DNA of 64,000 nucleotides, taken from the NCBI GenBank assembly GCA_951406725.2, contig OX597823.1, positions 5,704,001-5,768,000 on the forward strand, in the 5' to 3' direction. Below, piece by piece: positions 1-11,500 of the stretch (its first letter is position 1; every line of letters starts with the position of its first letter). This stretch comes from Octopus vulgaris. Lineage: Eukaryota. The notes under the pieces were generated by a model. That model ran no database searches, had not been told where the DNA came from, and saw only the letters and a list, made by a program, of their open reading frames with translations. Position numbers and translations under genes: made by a program.

Positions 1-114
1 ATGTAATCGAGATGGCCCCTTCCATCGAAAATTACTGGTTTGGTGCCAAAATTTAAAGTCAAATGTTAAGTGCGACACTTTATACTATACAAAACTTGTG
101 GTCCTTTTTAATCT

Positions 115-296
115 CTCTCTCTTTTACTCTTTTACTTGTTTCAGTCATTTGACTGCGGCCATGCTGGAGCACCGCCTTTTGTCGAGCAAATCGACCCCGG
201 GACTTATTCTATCGGTCTCTTTTGCCGAACCGCTAAGGGACGTAAACACACTAGCATCGGTTGTCAAGCAATGCTAGGGGGACAAACACAGACACA

Positions 297-353
<57 letters not shown>

Positions 354-1013
354 TTTTTTTCCTCCTTTGTACGGCCACACCTTGAATACTGCTGCCCACT
401 GTGGTCTCCTCACACAAGACAAAACATCTCCAGAATTGAGTCACCCCAGAGGGCTCTCACTAAACAAATTGAAGGCATGGCTGCTCTCGATTATTGGGAT
501 CGCCTTAAAGCCTTGAAACTTTACTCCCTCCAGCGTCGCCGTGAACGGTACATCATTTGTACGATGTGGAAAATATACCGCCAACTTTGCCCAAACGACC
601 TAAACATTAGCTTCAAGGTTCATCCAAGACTTGGACCACGGGCTATACGTCCCCTGCCAAGTTCAAGATCACAACATACATGTACACTGCAACATAATTT
701 CTTTTCCTCAACAGGCCCTGCCCTATTTAACATTGTACCGAGGGAGATCAAAGAGGAAAAGGATCCCATCAACTTTAAACAGAGTCTGGATAGATTCCTT
801 CATCGAATACCAGATAAGCCACCCATAATTGGATACAACTCACCCAACAAGAACTCACTACTTGAACAAAACTGGATACAACTCACCCAACAAGAACTCA
901 CTACTTGAACAAAACTTGACTTAAACAGGATTCGAATAATCCTATCAGGTGGTGCTATTAAGTTAGACATGGCCTGGACCAATCTCTGGTCGAAACATAT
1001 CTAAGTTTATCTA

Positions 1014-1062
<49 letters not shown>

Positions 1063-1219
1063 GACAGGCTTCTTTCAGTTTCCGTCTACCAAATCCACTC
1101 ACAAGGCATTGGTCGGCCCGGGGCTATAGCAGAAGACACTTGCCCAAGATGCCACGCAGTGGGACTGAACCCGGAACCATGTGGTTGCTTAGCAAGCTAC
1201 TTACCACACAGCCACTCCT
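115..1219 (-). mobile_element. tRNA-derived SINE, family A, interrupted by a LINE fragment in its internal microsatellite
   Basis: Minus-strand head with A-box-like TGGCTGTGTGG and B-box-like GGTTCAGTCCC, CORE-like CTTGGGCAAGT, and a (TAAAAGAG)n tail. Both halves (115-350, 1021-1219) match the uninterrupted copy at 10563-10951. Confidence 0.85.
353..1020 (+). mobile_element. 5'-truncated CR1/L2-group LINE 3' end (RT C-terminus plus 3' UTR)
   Basis: ORF 261..908 contains FVRPHLEYCCPLWSP...IESPQRALTK...YWDRLKALKLYSLQRRRERY, typical of the post-RT region of CR1-group LINE ORF2. It ends in a short tandem tail (ATCTAAGTTT)x2 next to (TA)n. Confidence 0.85.
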
Positions 1220-2375
1220 GCGCCCATATGTTTACATTCTTTTACAATTCTACAAGAAATCACTGGTGTCAATATCTTTTCATCATACAGCGACGATGTT
1301 TCAGTTGACGAAGACGAAATTAAAGGTGACAATGTAATCGATATTGATGATAACGAAACCGAGACAAATGACGAATTTGAGGAGAGGGAACCCCCGTCCC
1401 CCACCCCACCCCCGACACACTGGAAAGCATGATATCAACCAAACAACACTTATATCGTCTATTATTAATGATGAGCTGGCAGAATCGTTATTCTGAGTTC
1501 AAATTTTGTCGAGGTCGACTTTACCCTTCATGTTTTCGGGGTCGAAAAAATAAGAACCGATTGATCAGTGGAATCGATGTAATCGATTTAATCATTTCCC
1601 CGAAATTTCGCCTATAATAAAATGGATTATTAAATAGAGATAACTGAAAATTAATTTTTAAAAAAACCCAACTTATTTTATAAAATATTAAAATATATAC
1701 TGTTATATATAAAGCTAAAGTACACGGAGTTCTATCTAGCAATACGAAATTATTGATCCAGCCGCAAACAGTAGAATTTGATCATCTGTAAACAGGACTA
1801 AAAAAAGTTACACAATGTCGTATACTTTAGTAAAACAGTGACCTTAATCTCTAATAAACTGAATCAAGTGATTCTTAAGCATGACTTCATGACATATTGC
1901 AGATTAAGGAAAATAAAAAAGAAAAATAGGAACTTATTGGTGCGCTCGATAGAGAATTATTTTTTAAAAATATATATATACTAAATTTTGAAGTTTAAAA
2001 TTCAGAAAAAATGTAGAAATCAATTGTTTTTAGTTTAGTGTAGTCGCAATATTATAGCTGAATAGTTCAGTGAGAAGAAGTGTGTTGTAAAGCCAAAAGG
2101 TTAAGCCCTAAGTTTGAACTCGCTGTGTAGCTTCTTGGGTAAATGTCATTACCTATGATAGCTTCAGGTTGACATATATACCTGGTGAGTGTATATTGAG
2201 GAGGCAGGAACTGTATAGGAATGCATTTTTGTTGAAGAAGATGATACGCAGAGAAATATCGAAACCGGAATCTCGTGGCTGCGAAGCGAGCTTCTTAACC
2301 ATTCGACCATACTGCGCGCGTGCACACACACACACACACAGACAATACTTGCATAAATACATACATAAAATATCA

Positions 2376-2415
<40 letters not shown>

Positions 2416-2461
2416 GGTGACCTCGTGTGTACCGTTGGCGATTTTTTTCCTGTTTTGGGGG

Positions 2462-2792
2462 CGGGGACCAGTCGGTTAGATCGACCCCAGTACGCAACTA
2501 GTACTCAATTTATCGACCCCGAAAGGATGAAAGGCAAAGTCAGAACGTAGTCGCGAAATACCTATTTCTTTACTACCCACAAGGGGTTAAACACAGAGGG
2601 GACAAACAAGGACAGACAACCGGATTAAGTCGATTATATCGATCCCCAGTGCGTAACTGGTACTTAAATTTATCGACCCCGAAAGGATGAAAGGCAAAGT
2701 CGACCTCGGCGGAATTTGAACTCAGAACGTAGCGGCAGACGAAATACCGCAAAGCATTTCGCCCGGCGTGCTAACCATTCTACCAGCTCACC
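2462..2792 (-). mobile_element. SINE family D, partially dimeric copy
   Basis: The core TTTATCGACCCCGAAAGGATGAAAGGCAAAGTC occurs twice, with B-box-like GAGTTCAAATTCC on the minus strand. Other copies or fragments lie near 1-60, 1473-1610, 6559-6703, 9590-9710, 9769-9911, 37830-38144, 38925-39055 and 46325-46440. Confidence 0.8.
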
Positions 2793-3332
2793 AACATTAT
2801 AAAATTAATTGCATTCTAGTGTTTATTTTCCAGTGGATCTCCGTCGTTCGTCGATGAGGATTCAGTTATTCGATCAACTGAATTACCTGCTCCTGAATTA
2901 ACATATAAGTGGCCGAGTATTTCACAAACATGTGTTCCCTTAGCGTAATTCTCATGCAGCATCTGAGTCACACAGGAAGTGACAAGACTGTTACCTTTTT
3001 GAATTACGAGTACAATCCACCCGATGAGATTCCACATAGTTTCCATTTACACAGTTTAACCTCACAAAGGAACCGACAAAAAATTACATTTGTCGAAGAT
3101 GCCTTGCAGCGGGATGGAACCTAGGACCTTGTGGTTGCCAGACGCACTTCTAAACTACTACGGCCATATCTGCACCCATTCCACTTTTGCAGTCAATTTA
3201 TTGAAGAAAACTAAAGAACCAGCACAAAATTTGACAAACACCATCTTCAAATATACCATGAGGTGGCGGGGAGGAGGAATGGTGTTGCTGTTGTTGTTTT
3301 TCTTGTTGTTGCTGTTAATGCTGCTGCTGTTG

Positions 3333-3706
3333 CTGTTGAGCGAACGGTCTTCGTTCCAGAGCTCGCAAGATGGGAGAAGTCCGAAACGTGGTCTTTTGCC
3401 ATTCGTAAGACTCGCAGAAGAGAAAGCAGGTCAACCCCCGACACCGAGAGTATCGACGGATGGATGAATGCGCATCCAGGCTCAACGGTTGCGTTGGAAG
3501 AAGTCGGGGACAAGAAACAAGAAGAAAGAGTGAGAGAAAGTTGGGGCGAAAGAGTACAACAGGGGTCGCCACCACCCCTGCCGGAGCCTCGTGGAGCTTT
3601 AGGTGCTTTCGCTCAAGTAAACGCACACAACGCCCGGTCTGGGAATCGAAACCGCGATCCTCCGACCGCGAATCCGCTGCCCTAACCATTGGGCCATTGC
3701 GCCTCC
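3333..3706 (-). mobile_element. tRNA-derived SINE, family B, with 14-bp target-site duplication
   Basis: Head GGCGCAATGGCCCAATGGTTAGGGC...GGTTTCGATTCCC (A and B boxes). Direct repeat TGCTGCTGCTGTTG at 3319-3332 and 3707-3720. Confidence 0.85.
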
Positions 3707-3737
3707 TGCTGCTGCTGTTGATGGGTTCTCAAGCACG

Positions 3738-3738
3738 C

Positions 3739-3829
<91 letters not shown>

Positions 3830-4001
3830 AAAGAGGGAGAGAAACATACAGACATAGAAAGATATATATAGAGAAAAAGTAGAGAAATAATAGATAGATA
3901 GAGAAAGAGAGAAAGGCGAGAGAGAAACATATACAGGTAGGAAGATATATATATATAGAAAAGGTAGAGAGACTAAAAGATAGATAGATAGACAGACAGA
4001 C

Positions 4002-4062
<61 letters not shown>

Positions 4063-4068
4063 GGTAGG

Positions 4069-4139
<71 letters not shown>

Positions 4140-4140
4140 A
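3738..4140. repeat. (AGAC)n/(AGAT)n compound microsatellite
   Basis: Seen directly in the sequence. Confidence 0.95.
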
Positions 4141-4654
4141 TGGAGAGAGAGAGAAAGACTTTCTCATTGACACGATCCAAAAGTGTTTTTAGCGTAAGCC
4201 GTTTTATGGAACATTCCTGACATAAAAGACACACAAAAAGAATCAAAAATCAAGTTAAAAAAAGGAGAAATTATAAAACCAAAACCCGGTTATTGATCTT
4301 GTACAGAAAACTAAGTTTAATCAGGAAAATAAGTGTGTGTGTGTGTGTGTGTGGATGGAGGCAGGCGGTTTGTTAATCCTCCAGTATGAGACTGGGATTT
4401 GATCTCATCTACGTTTTATCCACTGTTTTCGATCTTGCTAGAGCTGAATATTTTTGCCCTAAGACTTGTTTACTAATTCTCTCCATTCTTAGAAACAGAA
4501 GACCAAAGGTGTCTTTGAGGCACGAGGAGAGAGGTGTGTGTTGGCGGGTTGGCGGGTTGGGGGTTGCTACTGGTAGAAAACAAAATACTTTTTTTTGAAA
4601 AGGATGTTTTTTTCTAACATTTGTTTGTTATTGGAGATGACTTCTTTTTTTTTC

Positions 4655-4704
4655 AGAGGGACAGAGGAAGAAAGCGGTGGAAATAGAGATAGAAAGATAT
4701 TGGG

Positions 4705-4739
<35 letters not shown>

Positions 4740-5054
4740 TGCTGAGAGAGGGAGAGGGAGAAAGAGGGGGAGAAATGCTGTTTATATACAGGATAAAGGT
4801 AACAGACAAAAGAAAAAGAGGGAGAGATAGAGGGAAGTGAGAGGAAGTAAAGGGATGAGTGAGAGAGAGAGAGAATGGAGGTGAAGGGAAGAGAGGGATA
4901 AAAAGACAGTGAGAGGGGAAAGGTAGAGGTAGAGGGAGAGAGAGACAGAAAGGGGAGAAACAGAAAGTGAAGGGAATACAGAGAGAGAGAGACAGATAAG
5001 TGAAAGGAGATAGTAAGATATGAGCTTGAGTGAGTGAATGCGTGTGTGTATGTA

Positions 5055-5099
<45 letters not shown>

Positions 5100-5225
5100 C
5101 TGTGGGTGTATATCTATGTGTACATGTTATGTGCGTGCTCGTGTATATGTATGTGTGTGCGTAGGTGTGCATGCGCGCGTATCTATATGTACAGATGTGT
5201 GTGTGTGTGTATATACGTGTGTGCG
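4655..5225. repeat. Purine-rich low-complexity tract followed by (TG)n microsatellite
   Basis: GA-rich at 4655-5030, TG-rich at 5030-5225. Confidence 0.9.
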
Positions 5226-5590
5226 AACAACTTTCAATTCAAAACATCGGTTTCTTTCTGCGATCAAAATTTTTTTCGTGTTTTTTTTCCAGTTTATATA
5301 ATTTATATCTTCACACACAATCTCTCCCCTTCATTAATATACATGCATGCAAACATACATACATACATGTCACACATATCTATCTATCTATCTATTTTTT
5401 CTTTTTCCTTTTATTTTTCCTTTTTTTTTTACCCCCCCTTTTTCCTTTTTTTTTTTTTTGCTTTCCTCTTTCTTTCCTTTCACGATCCCTTTTGATCGAA
5501 AATAAACCCCCTTTATTTTATCCCCAATAAGAAAAGCTCTACCTTGTAATTTGTCCCGTCTGTGTGTAGCCCTGTGTGCCTAATAAAGAA

Positions 5591-5633
<43 letters not shown>

Positions 5634-7718
5634 CATCCATCCATCCATCTATCTATCTATCTGTCTGTCTGTCTGTCCACTTGTCTATCTATCTGTCTGC
5701 CTGTCTGTCTGTCTTTGAAAGGGCATAAAAATTCTCTCATCCCTGGAAGTAATCTTATTGTCGTGGGTGTGACATTACTGCTACTCGCGTCGGTTACGAC
5801 GACAAGGGTCCCTGGTGTTCCTATCAACGAAACAGCCTGCTCATGAAAGTCTAAAAATCTGTACAGACTTCTGCTTTAGTATGTCCACGTTTTACCCCCA
5901 CCAATGTGACATTACTCTGCGTCCAGCGGTGAGGCGCCAGTTCTGCAGTTGTGGGGCGCGTGAAGTCACCTCTTAATTACCATTATTCTCAGGTCCGTTC
6001 TGACCCGAAACAGTTGTATCTGTTGGGGTTCCATCTGTAGGTTAAATAAATTTCTGTGAGGGTAGACTGAACTCCTTAACTGCGGTGAAAGCAACCAGTC
6101 AAGGAGAAGGAAAAGTCCAAAAATGAAAAATTAATATCTTCTTCCAACATGCTTTAAGCCAGCCTGCAAGGAAGAATATGGCTGACGAAATTAATATGAG
6201 GTACGTCCAACAACATAGGTTCATACCATGGAGGCAACTATCTCATGTTGGTGCGTATTCTGTCGCAGGCGGAAATAACAGGGAATGAGGATAAGTTTAA
6301 CACCAACATCTGGCCCTTGGGTGCTTGTTGGAGAGTTTGTTAAGGAACAAGGGACAAATACGACTGAAAGATAACAACAATAAAAAAAAAGTACCCGAAT
6401 CCAAAGTACGCCCTAAAGAAATGATGGTTGCCAATCGCAAGAAGTTGCGAATGAAGATACTAAAGTAACAAATTTCTTCCGAAACCACTCAAAAGAAATT
6501 TTAAAAATATGGTTCTTGTAGGCGAAACGCACCCATTTTGGGAACAAGAAGCCACATTCTTTTCTACTCTAGGCACAAGGCCCGAAAGTTTTGGAGAGGG
6601 GTCCAGTCGATTGGATCGACTCTAGTACGCAACTGGTACTTAATTCATCGACCTCGAAAGAATGAAAGGTAAAGTCGACCTCGGCGGAATTTGAACTCAG
6701 AACCTAAGAAGCCACATTGCAAAAGGAAAATGATCGATGTCACATTTAGAATTGCTAAAGATCAGTCACGCTATTGTTTGGTGGTAATGTTGCTGGAGAT
6801 TGAAATTTATGTATGTATTGTGTCAAAGATAAAAGGGTCTCGTAAAAGCTACACGACCATTCATATGGAAGAAAGCAATTAGATATGTTTCGGTTCCCCC
6901 TTCACCGAACTGTGTCTTTTGTAGTGTTTTGTATTTGAAATTTAAAAATGAATCATTTTGAAGGCAAAACTTTTCCATTTTATGTAAACTCAATTGAAAC
7001 AGTATTAAATAAAAATTGCCATCTGTGTATTATACTCAACATCTTATGTACACCGTTGGAAGGTATGAGGCAGTGGAATTTTTCTTGAAATAAAATCTCT
7101 TCAGAGACTTGTGTTAAATATTCAATCTTTTATCTTTTTCTTGCTTCAGTTATTAGACTGCGGTCATACTGGGGCACCGCCTTGACGGGTTTAGTCGAAC
7201 GATCGACCCCAGACCTTAATTTTTAAGTTTGGTACTTATTCTAACAGTCACCTTGGACGAACCGCTAATCATGGGAACGTAAACACATCATCACCGGTTG
7301 TCAAGCGGAGGTGGTGAACACACACACATACATACATGCGGACACATGCTTGTGCACACACACAAACACGTAATGCACACATACTCTCATACACACACAC
7401 TCTCTCTCACACACACTCACTCTCTCTCTCACACACACATACTCTCTCTCACATGCATACACACTCACACATACATGCGGGGACATACACACACATATAA
7501 ACGCGGACACACACACACACACACACACGTTTACAATAAACACACACACAGAGTTACAATAAACGCCTTGCATTGTTAAATCAAGCTGTGCCTTGTTAGT
7601 GGCCAGCTGTGCTCTCTCACACAATCTCTTCCTACACTTAGCGCAGACATGGTTGTGAATTACCTTGGTTGAAAGCAAACTGCAGTCTGCAAAGAGTTCG
7701 GCGCCAAACTGTTTAAAA

Positions 7719-7939
7719 CCCATTAAGTCCCACTGTCCTATAAATAGGACACTAAATAAGAACATTAAATAAGCTATATCACATTGTCTCAGTGTCCTAT
7801 TTATAGGACACGGAGTATTTCCATTTCTACTTGAAGCAAAGGAGTTTTAATAATTATTTTTTATTCATTTTAACCTATTTTCAATCATCTGTAAACATTT
7901 AAAATATTCGGAAATTTAAGTCCTCTGGGACTTAATGGG
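7719..7939. mobile_element. piggyBac-like MITE
   Basis: Perfect 14-bp TIRs CCCATTAAGTCCCA (7719-7732) and TGGGACTTAATGGG (7926-7939). TTAA follows on the right; the left flank is TTAAAA. Confidence 0.75.
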
Positions 7940-8179
7940 TTAACTAGAGTAAAAGTCCGCGAAGTTTAGAATCTTCGATGAGCGATATAACACTGCAGCT
8001 TCACGCTGATTGATCGATTTAGAGATCAATCATATGAAACCACAGTGGCATACTCTCATGATCGCCAACTGATTATTTCTCGGTTGGGATTCGAATCTCT
8101 ACAAGATTTTTATCTCAGACCATTCCGCAGATTATGCCTTCTAACTGTGAATTTACACCCAATGTGATACACAGATAGC

Positions 8180-9050
8180 GATTTCGTATGCTATTGATCA
8201 TTGATACTGTACCTTGTCATTCACAATCTCTAACACCACCTTTCAGATGTAAGATTGATGTTTATGTCGCCAAATACGTCGCTTTTGCAAATAACGTATC
8301 AAGTCGTTATTGCGATATTTGACGCATTGTAATATCTTCGGCACACATTCGATCAGTTAATAAATGTTATTGATAAAGAAAATGGCTTCACACTGAAAGC
8401 GTTTTGGAAATCATTCGATGCTTTAGGTGCCGTAAAAATAAAATAAAATAAAAGATGCTGAAAGGAGTCTGGAACAAAATTAGTAACAAAAATATGAAAG
8501 ATGTTTTTGGAACGAATTCTGAATTTGACTCTTGAGTTTACAGACAATATCGAAGGATTTGAAGAACATGTAGGGATTGTTTGAAATGAAACAGAATCTG
8601 CACCTTGATGTTTGTAGAAACAAATTAATCTGTTTTAGTCACACGATCAAAAGCTCATAAATAAAGAAAATCTCACTGAAAGGGTCGGACATTATGAAAG
8701 AAGGCGAAGAAGATCAAATAAAATTTGTTTATTCCGTCACTTTTAAATGGCTAGACGAAATGAGACGAAGCCTTTTCACACTTCAAATAATGATTTGTAT
8801 TTTTGAGTCCCAATATTCAAATTTCCGTAAAGAAGAAAACTTGCAGCAGATTTTTAAAAATCTCACGTCTGCTTTTGTGATTTGCAAAGATTAAGAAAAG
8901 CTTGCCGTGGAAGCGAGGAACTATTAATAGATTTATAAAGGAAAAGGAAAAAATCCTTGTCCTTCAAATGAACCAAATACAAGCAGTAAAACAACATCGA
9001 CTGGCGAATAAACAAAAACAAAACTGGTGCCATTTGATAGCAAGTATTTT
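8180..9050 (+). pseudogene. Decayed Tigger/pogo-family (DDE_1) transposase
   Basis: Manual translation across frameshifts gives MLLIIDTVPCHSQSL, DVRLMFMSPNTSLLQITYQVVIAIF and YLRHTFDQLINVIDKENGFTLKAFWKSFDALGAVKI. These match Tigger motifs LLLLDNAPGH, FLPPNTTSLIQPMDQGVI and YYLR...TLKTFWKGF. The end beyond about 8530 is approximate. Confidence 0.7.
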
Positions 9051-9443
9051 TTCTTAATATTAAAACGTGAGGTGGTTTAAGGAGGAAATCATTAAACGAG
9101 CTGTTATTCGTATATCACACACACACACACGCACGCAATTATTAAAAGAAGGCTTTCGGATTACTTTTTCTTTCTCCACCTTGAACATATTCAACATTAT
9201 ACTGGTGATCAAGTAGACTTTTGATCAAAAATGTCGTTCCATTTGTGACAATCGCGTCTTTGAATAATATCCACAACTACATTATCAAGTGTGTTCTTTC
9301 TTATTCTAAAACAGCAGGATGTGCAAAGTGAGATTTGACTGATGTTTCTCGCAATTTTTTTGGCCAATGTTTCTCGCCTATTAGATTGTTCACGATTTTT
9401 ATAAATGATTTTAGGGTAAAGTTTCAGATAAAATATTTTCCAA

Positions 9444-9559
9444 CACTAGCGCAGCTACAGTGTGTGCCGCCCGGGGCGGCCCTTCTGTTGGCCACCCCCG
9501 GACCCTATAAAAAAACACATATTGCCTACAGCAGACCACCCCAACTAGCTACACTGGTG
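9444..9559. mobile_element. Short hAT-like MITE
   Basis: Imperfect 14-bp TIRs CACTAGCGCAGCTA and TAGCTACACTGGTG, with a degenerate 8-bp TSD (TTTTCCAA / CTTTCCAG). Confidence 0.5.
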
Positions 9560-9992
9560 CTTTCCAGTATTGATTCCGGCTCTTAAACATTCCGAGATTA
9601 ACTTTGCGTTTTATCGTTTGAAGCTGATAAATTCCAGCCGGGTTTTGAGGTCGATGTAATCGATGGAACCCCTCCCCTCAAAATTGCAGCCCATGTACTT
9701 AAATCTGAAACAACCATCTATTTAATCTATGAGATATATTAAATCGTATTTATAAATTATTTATTTACGCTCTGGGTTCAAATTCCGTCGAGGTCGACTT
9801 TGCCTTTCATCCTTTCGAGGTCGATAACTTAAGTACCAGTTGCGTACTGGGGTCGATGCGATCGACCTATCCCTTCCCCCAAAATTTCAGGCCTTGTGCC
9901 TATAGTAGAAAAACAAATATTTATTTAATATTTAAGATGTAAAATAAATCGTTGGTTACATCTGAATTGTTGCTTATTCGGTGTTTTTTTTT

Positions 9993-10064
9993 ATCTTTTA
10001 TCTTTTTCTTGCTTCAGTTACTGACACACACATACGCACGCGTACACACGCACACACGCACGCA

Positions 10065-10134
<70 letters not shown>

Positions 10135-10485
10135 AACTGGGGCACCGCTTTGAAGATTTAGTCAAATGAATCGACCCCAGTACATTGTTTTTAGTAAAGT
10201 CCAGATCCTTATTCTATCGATTTCTGTTGCCGAAGCGCTAAGTTATGGGAACGTAAACACATCAACACCGAGTGTCAGGCAGTGGTGGGGAAACAAACAT
10301 AGACACAAACACATACACACACAAGCGTACGATGAGCTTCTTTCAGTTTCCATCTACCAAATCCTCTCACAAGGATTTGGTCAACCCAAAGCTACATTAG
10401 AAGACACTTGCCCAATGTGCCATGCAGTGGATTGAACCTATAACCATGTGGTTGAGAAGCAAATTTCTTACCACATGCCTGCGCC
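9993..10485 (-). mobile_element. SINE family A, diverged copy containing an expanded (CA)n
   Basis: Colinear with 10563-10951; (CA)n at 10024-10134. Confidence 0.75.
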
Positions 10486-10562
10486 CATATTTAATACGTT
10501 TAAAAAGTTACGCCAAATCTCATCAAACGAGTATGTAGCTGTCGTTTGTCAGATTATTTCTA

Positions 10563-10951
10563 TACTCTTTTACTTGTTTCAGTCATTTGACTGCGGCCAT
10601 GCTGGAGCACCGCCTTTAGTTGAGCAAATCGACCCCAGGACTTATTCTTTGTAAGCCTAGTACTTATTCTATCGGTCTGTTAGGCCGAGCCGCTAAGTTA
10701 CGGGGACATGAACACACCAGCATCGGTTGTCAAGCGATGTTCGTGGGACACAGACACACAAACATATACATACACATACATATATACATATATACGACGG
10801 GCTTCTTTCAGTTTCCGTCTACCAAATCCACTCACAAGGCTTTGGTCGGCCCGGGGATATAGTAGAAGACACTTGCCCAAGGTGCCACGCAGTGGGACTG
10901 AACTCGGAACCATGTAGTTGGTAAGCAAGCTACTTACCACACAGCCACTCC
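10563..10951 (-). mobile_element. SINE family A, full-length reference copy
   Basis: Complete tRNA-like head, CORE-like segment, internal (TA/TG)n and tail. Further partial copies lie near 3030-3170, 7128-7320, 27950-28010 and 30210-30365. Confidence 0.85.
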
Positions 10952-11299
10952 TCAATCTATGTGAATTAGCTTTTCACTAACGATTGAACATTTCGTTAAT
11001 TAGGCCAGGTATTCTTGTACATGAGCGACTTATATGGAGAGGTGGGGGTAGGAGGCGTATGTTAATGAACGAGGACAGGATTATTGAAGGAAATGTGAAT
11101 TATCAAATTGAGTCTACAATAATGTTCCGACGACTTTAAAAAAAGTATTATGATCTACCCATCACATGAATAAAAAAATGAAATTGTGTGGCATTTGAGC
11201 CTTTTTCGATTGCATTATAACACTGAGAGAAGTAGGTTACCTTTGTTAAGCATCCCGGCCATAAAAGCGCGATCCTCTTAAGGACGAAGAGGAGATGCT

Positions 11300-11500
11300 T
11301 CTAAGTGGTTGTTTGACTTGCTAGAAATAATTTCTAAATCTCCCTCAGAATCATGCCCTGTCGTTTTAAATTGGGGCAGGACACATTCGATGACGTAAAC
11401 CTCTGTAGCTCATAAAAAAAAGACAAGATGGTCACGGTTGTAATGCTTTTGATCCTAAGTCTCCCCGATCAGAGATGCCCTGGAACTAAACAACAACGAA
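11300..11500 (+). repeat. Old dispersed repeat ending in CTAAACAACAAC
   Basis: Pattern TGCTAGAAATAA...AAATCTCCCTC...GATGGTCAC...CTAAACAACAAC recurs in diverged form near 21140-21210, 29790-30020, 58640-58800 and inverted at 17190-17275. Confidence 0.5.

Noticed and set aside
1704-1741. TATATAAAGCTAAAGT matching the Helitron 5' end, followed by CTAG
   Set aside because: Only about 16 bp of AT-rich identity and no hairpin; could be chance.
3630-3706. tRNA genes at A/B-box motifs (also 18517, 37370, 56557, 57533 and 62548)
   Set aside because: Each continues into a SINE body and lacks a convincing acceptor stem.
3599-5530. Long ORFs such as YLSI-, HT- and CV-repeat proteins (also at 13518-14718, 24049-24606, 39404-41031 and 52958-53657)
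   Set aside because: They are translations of microsatellites or low-complexity tracts that lack stop codons; there is no coding evidence.
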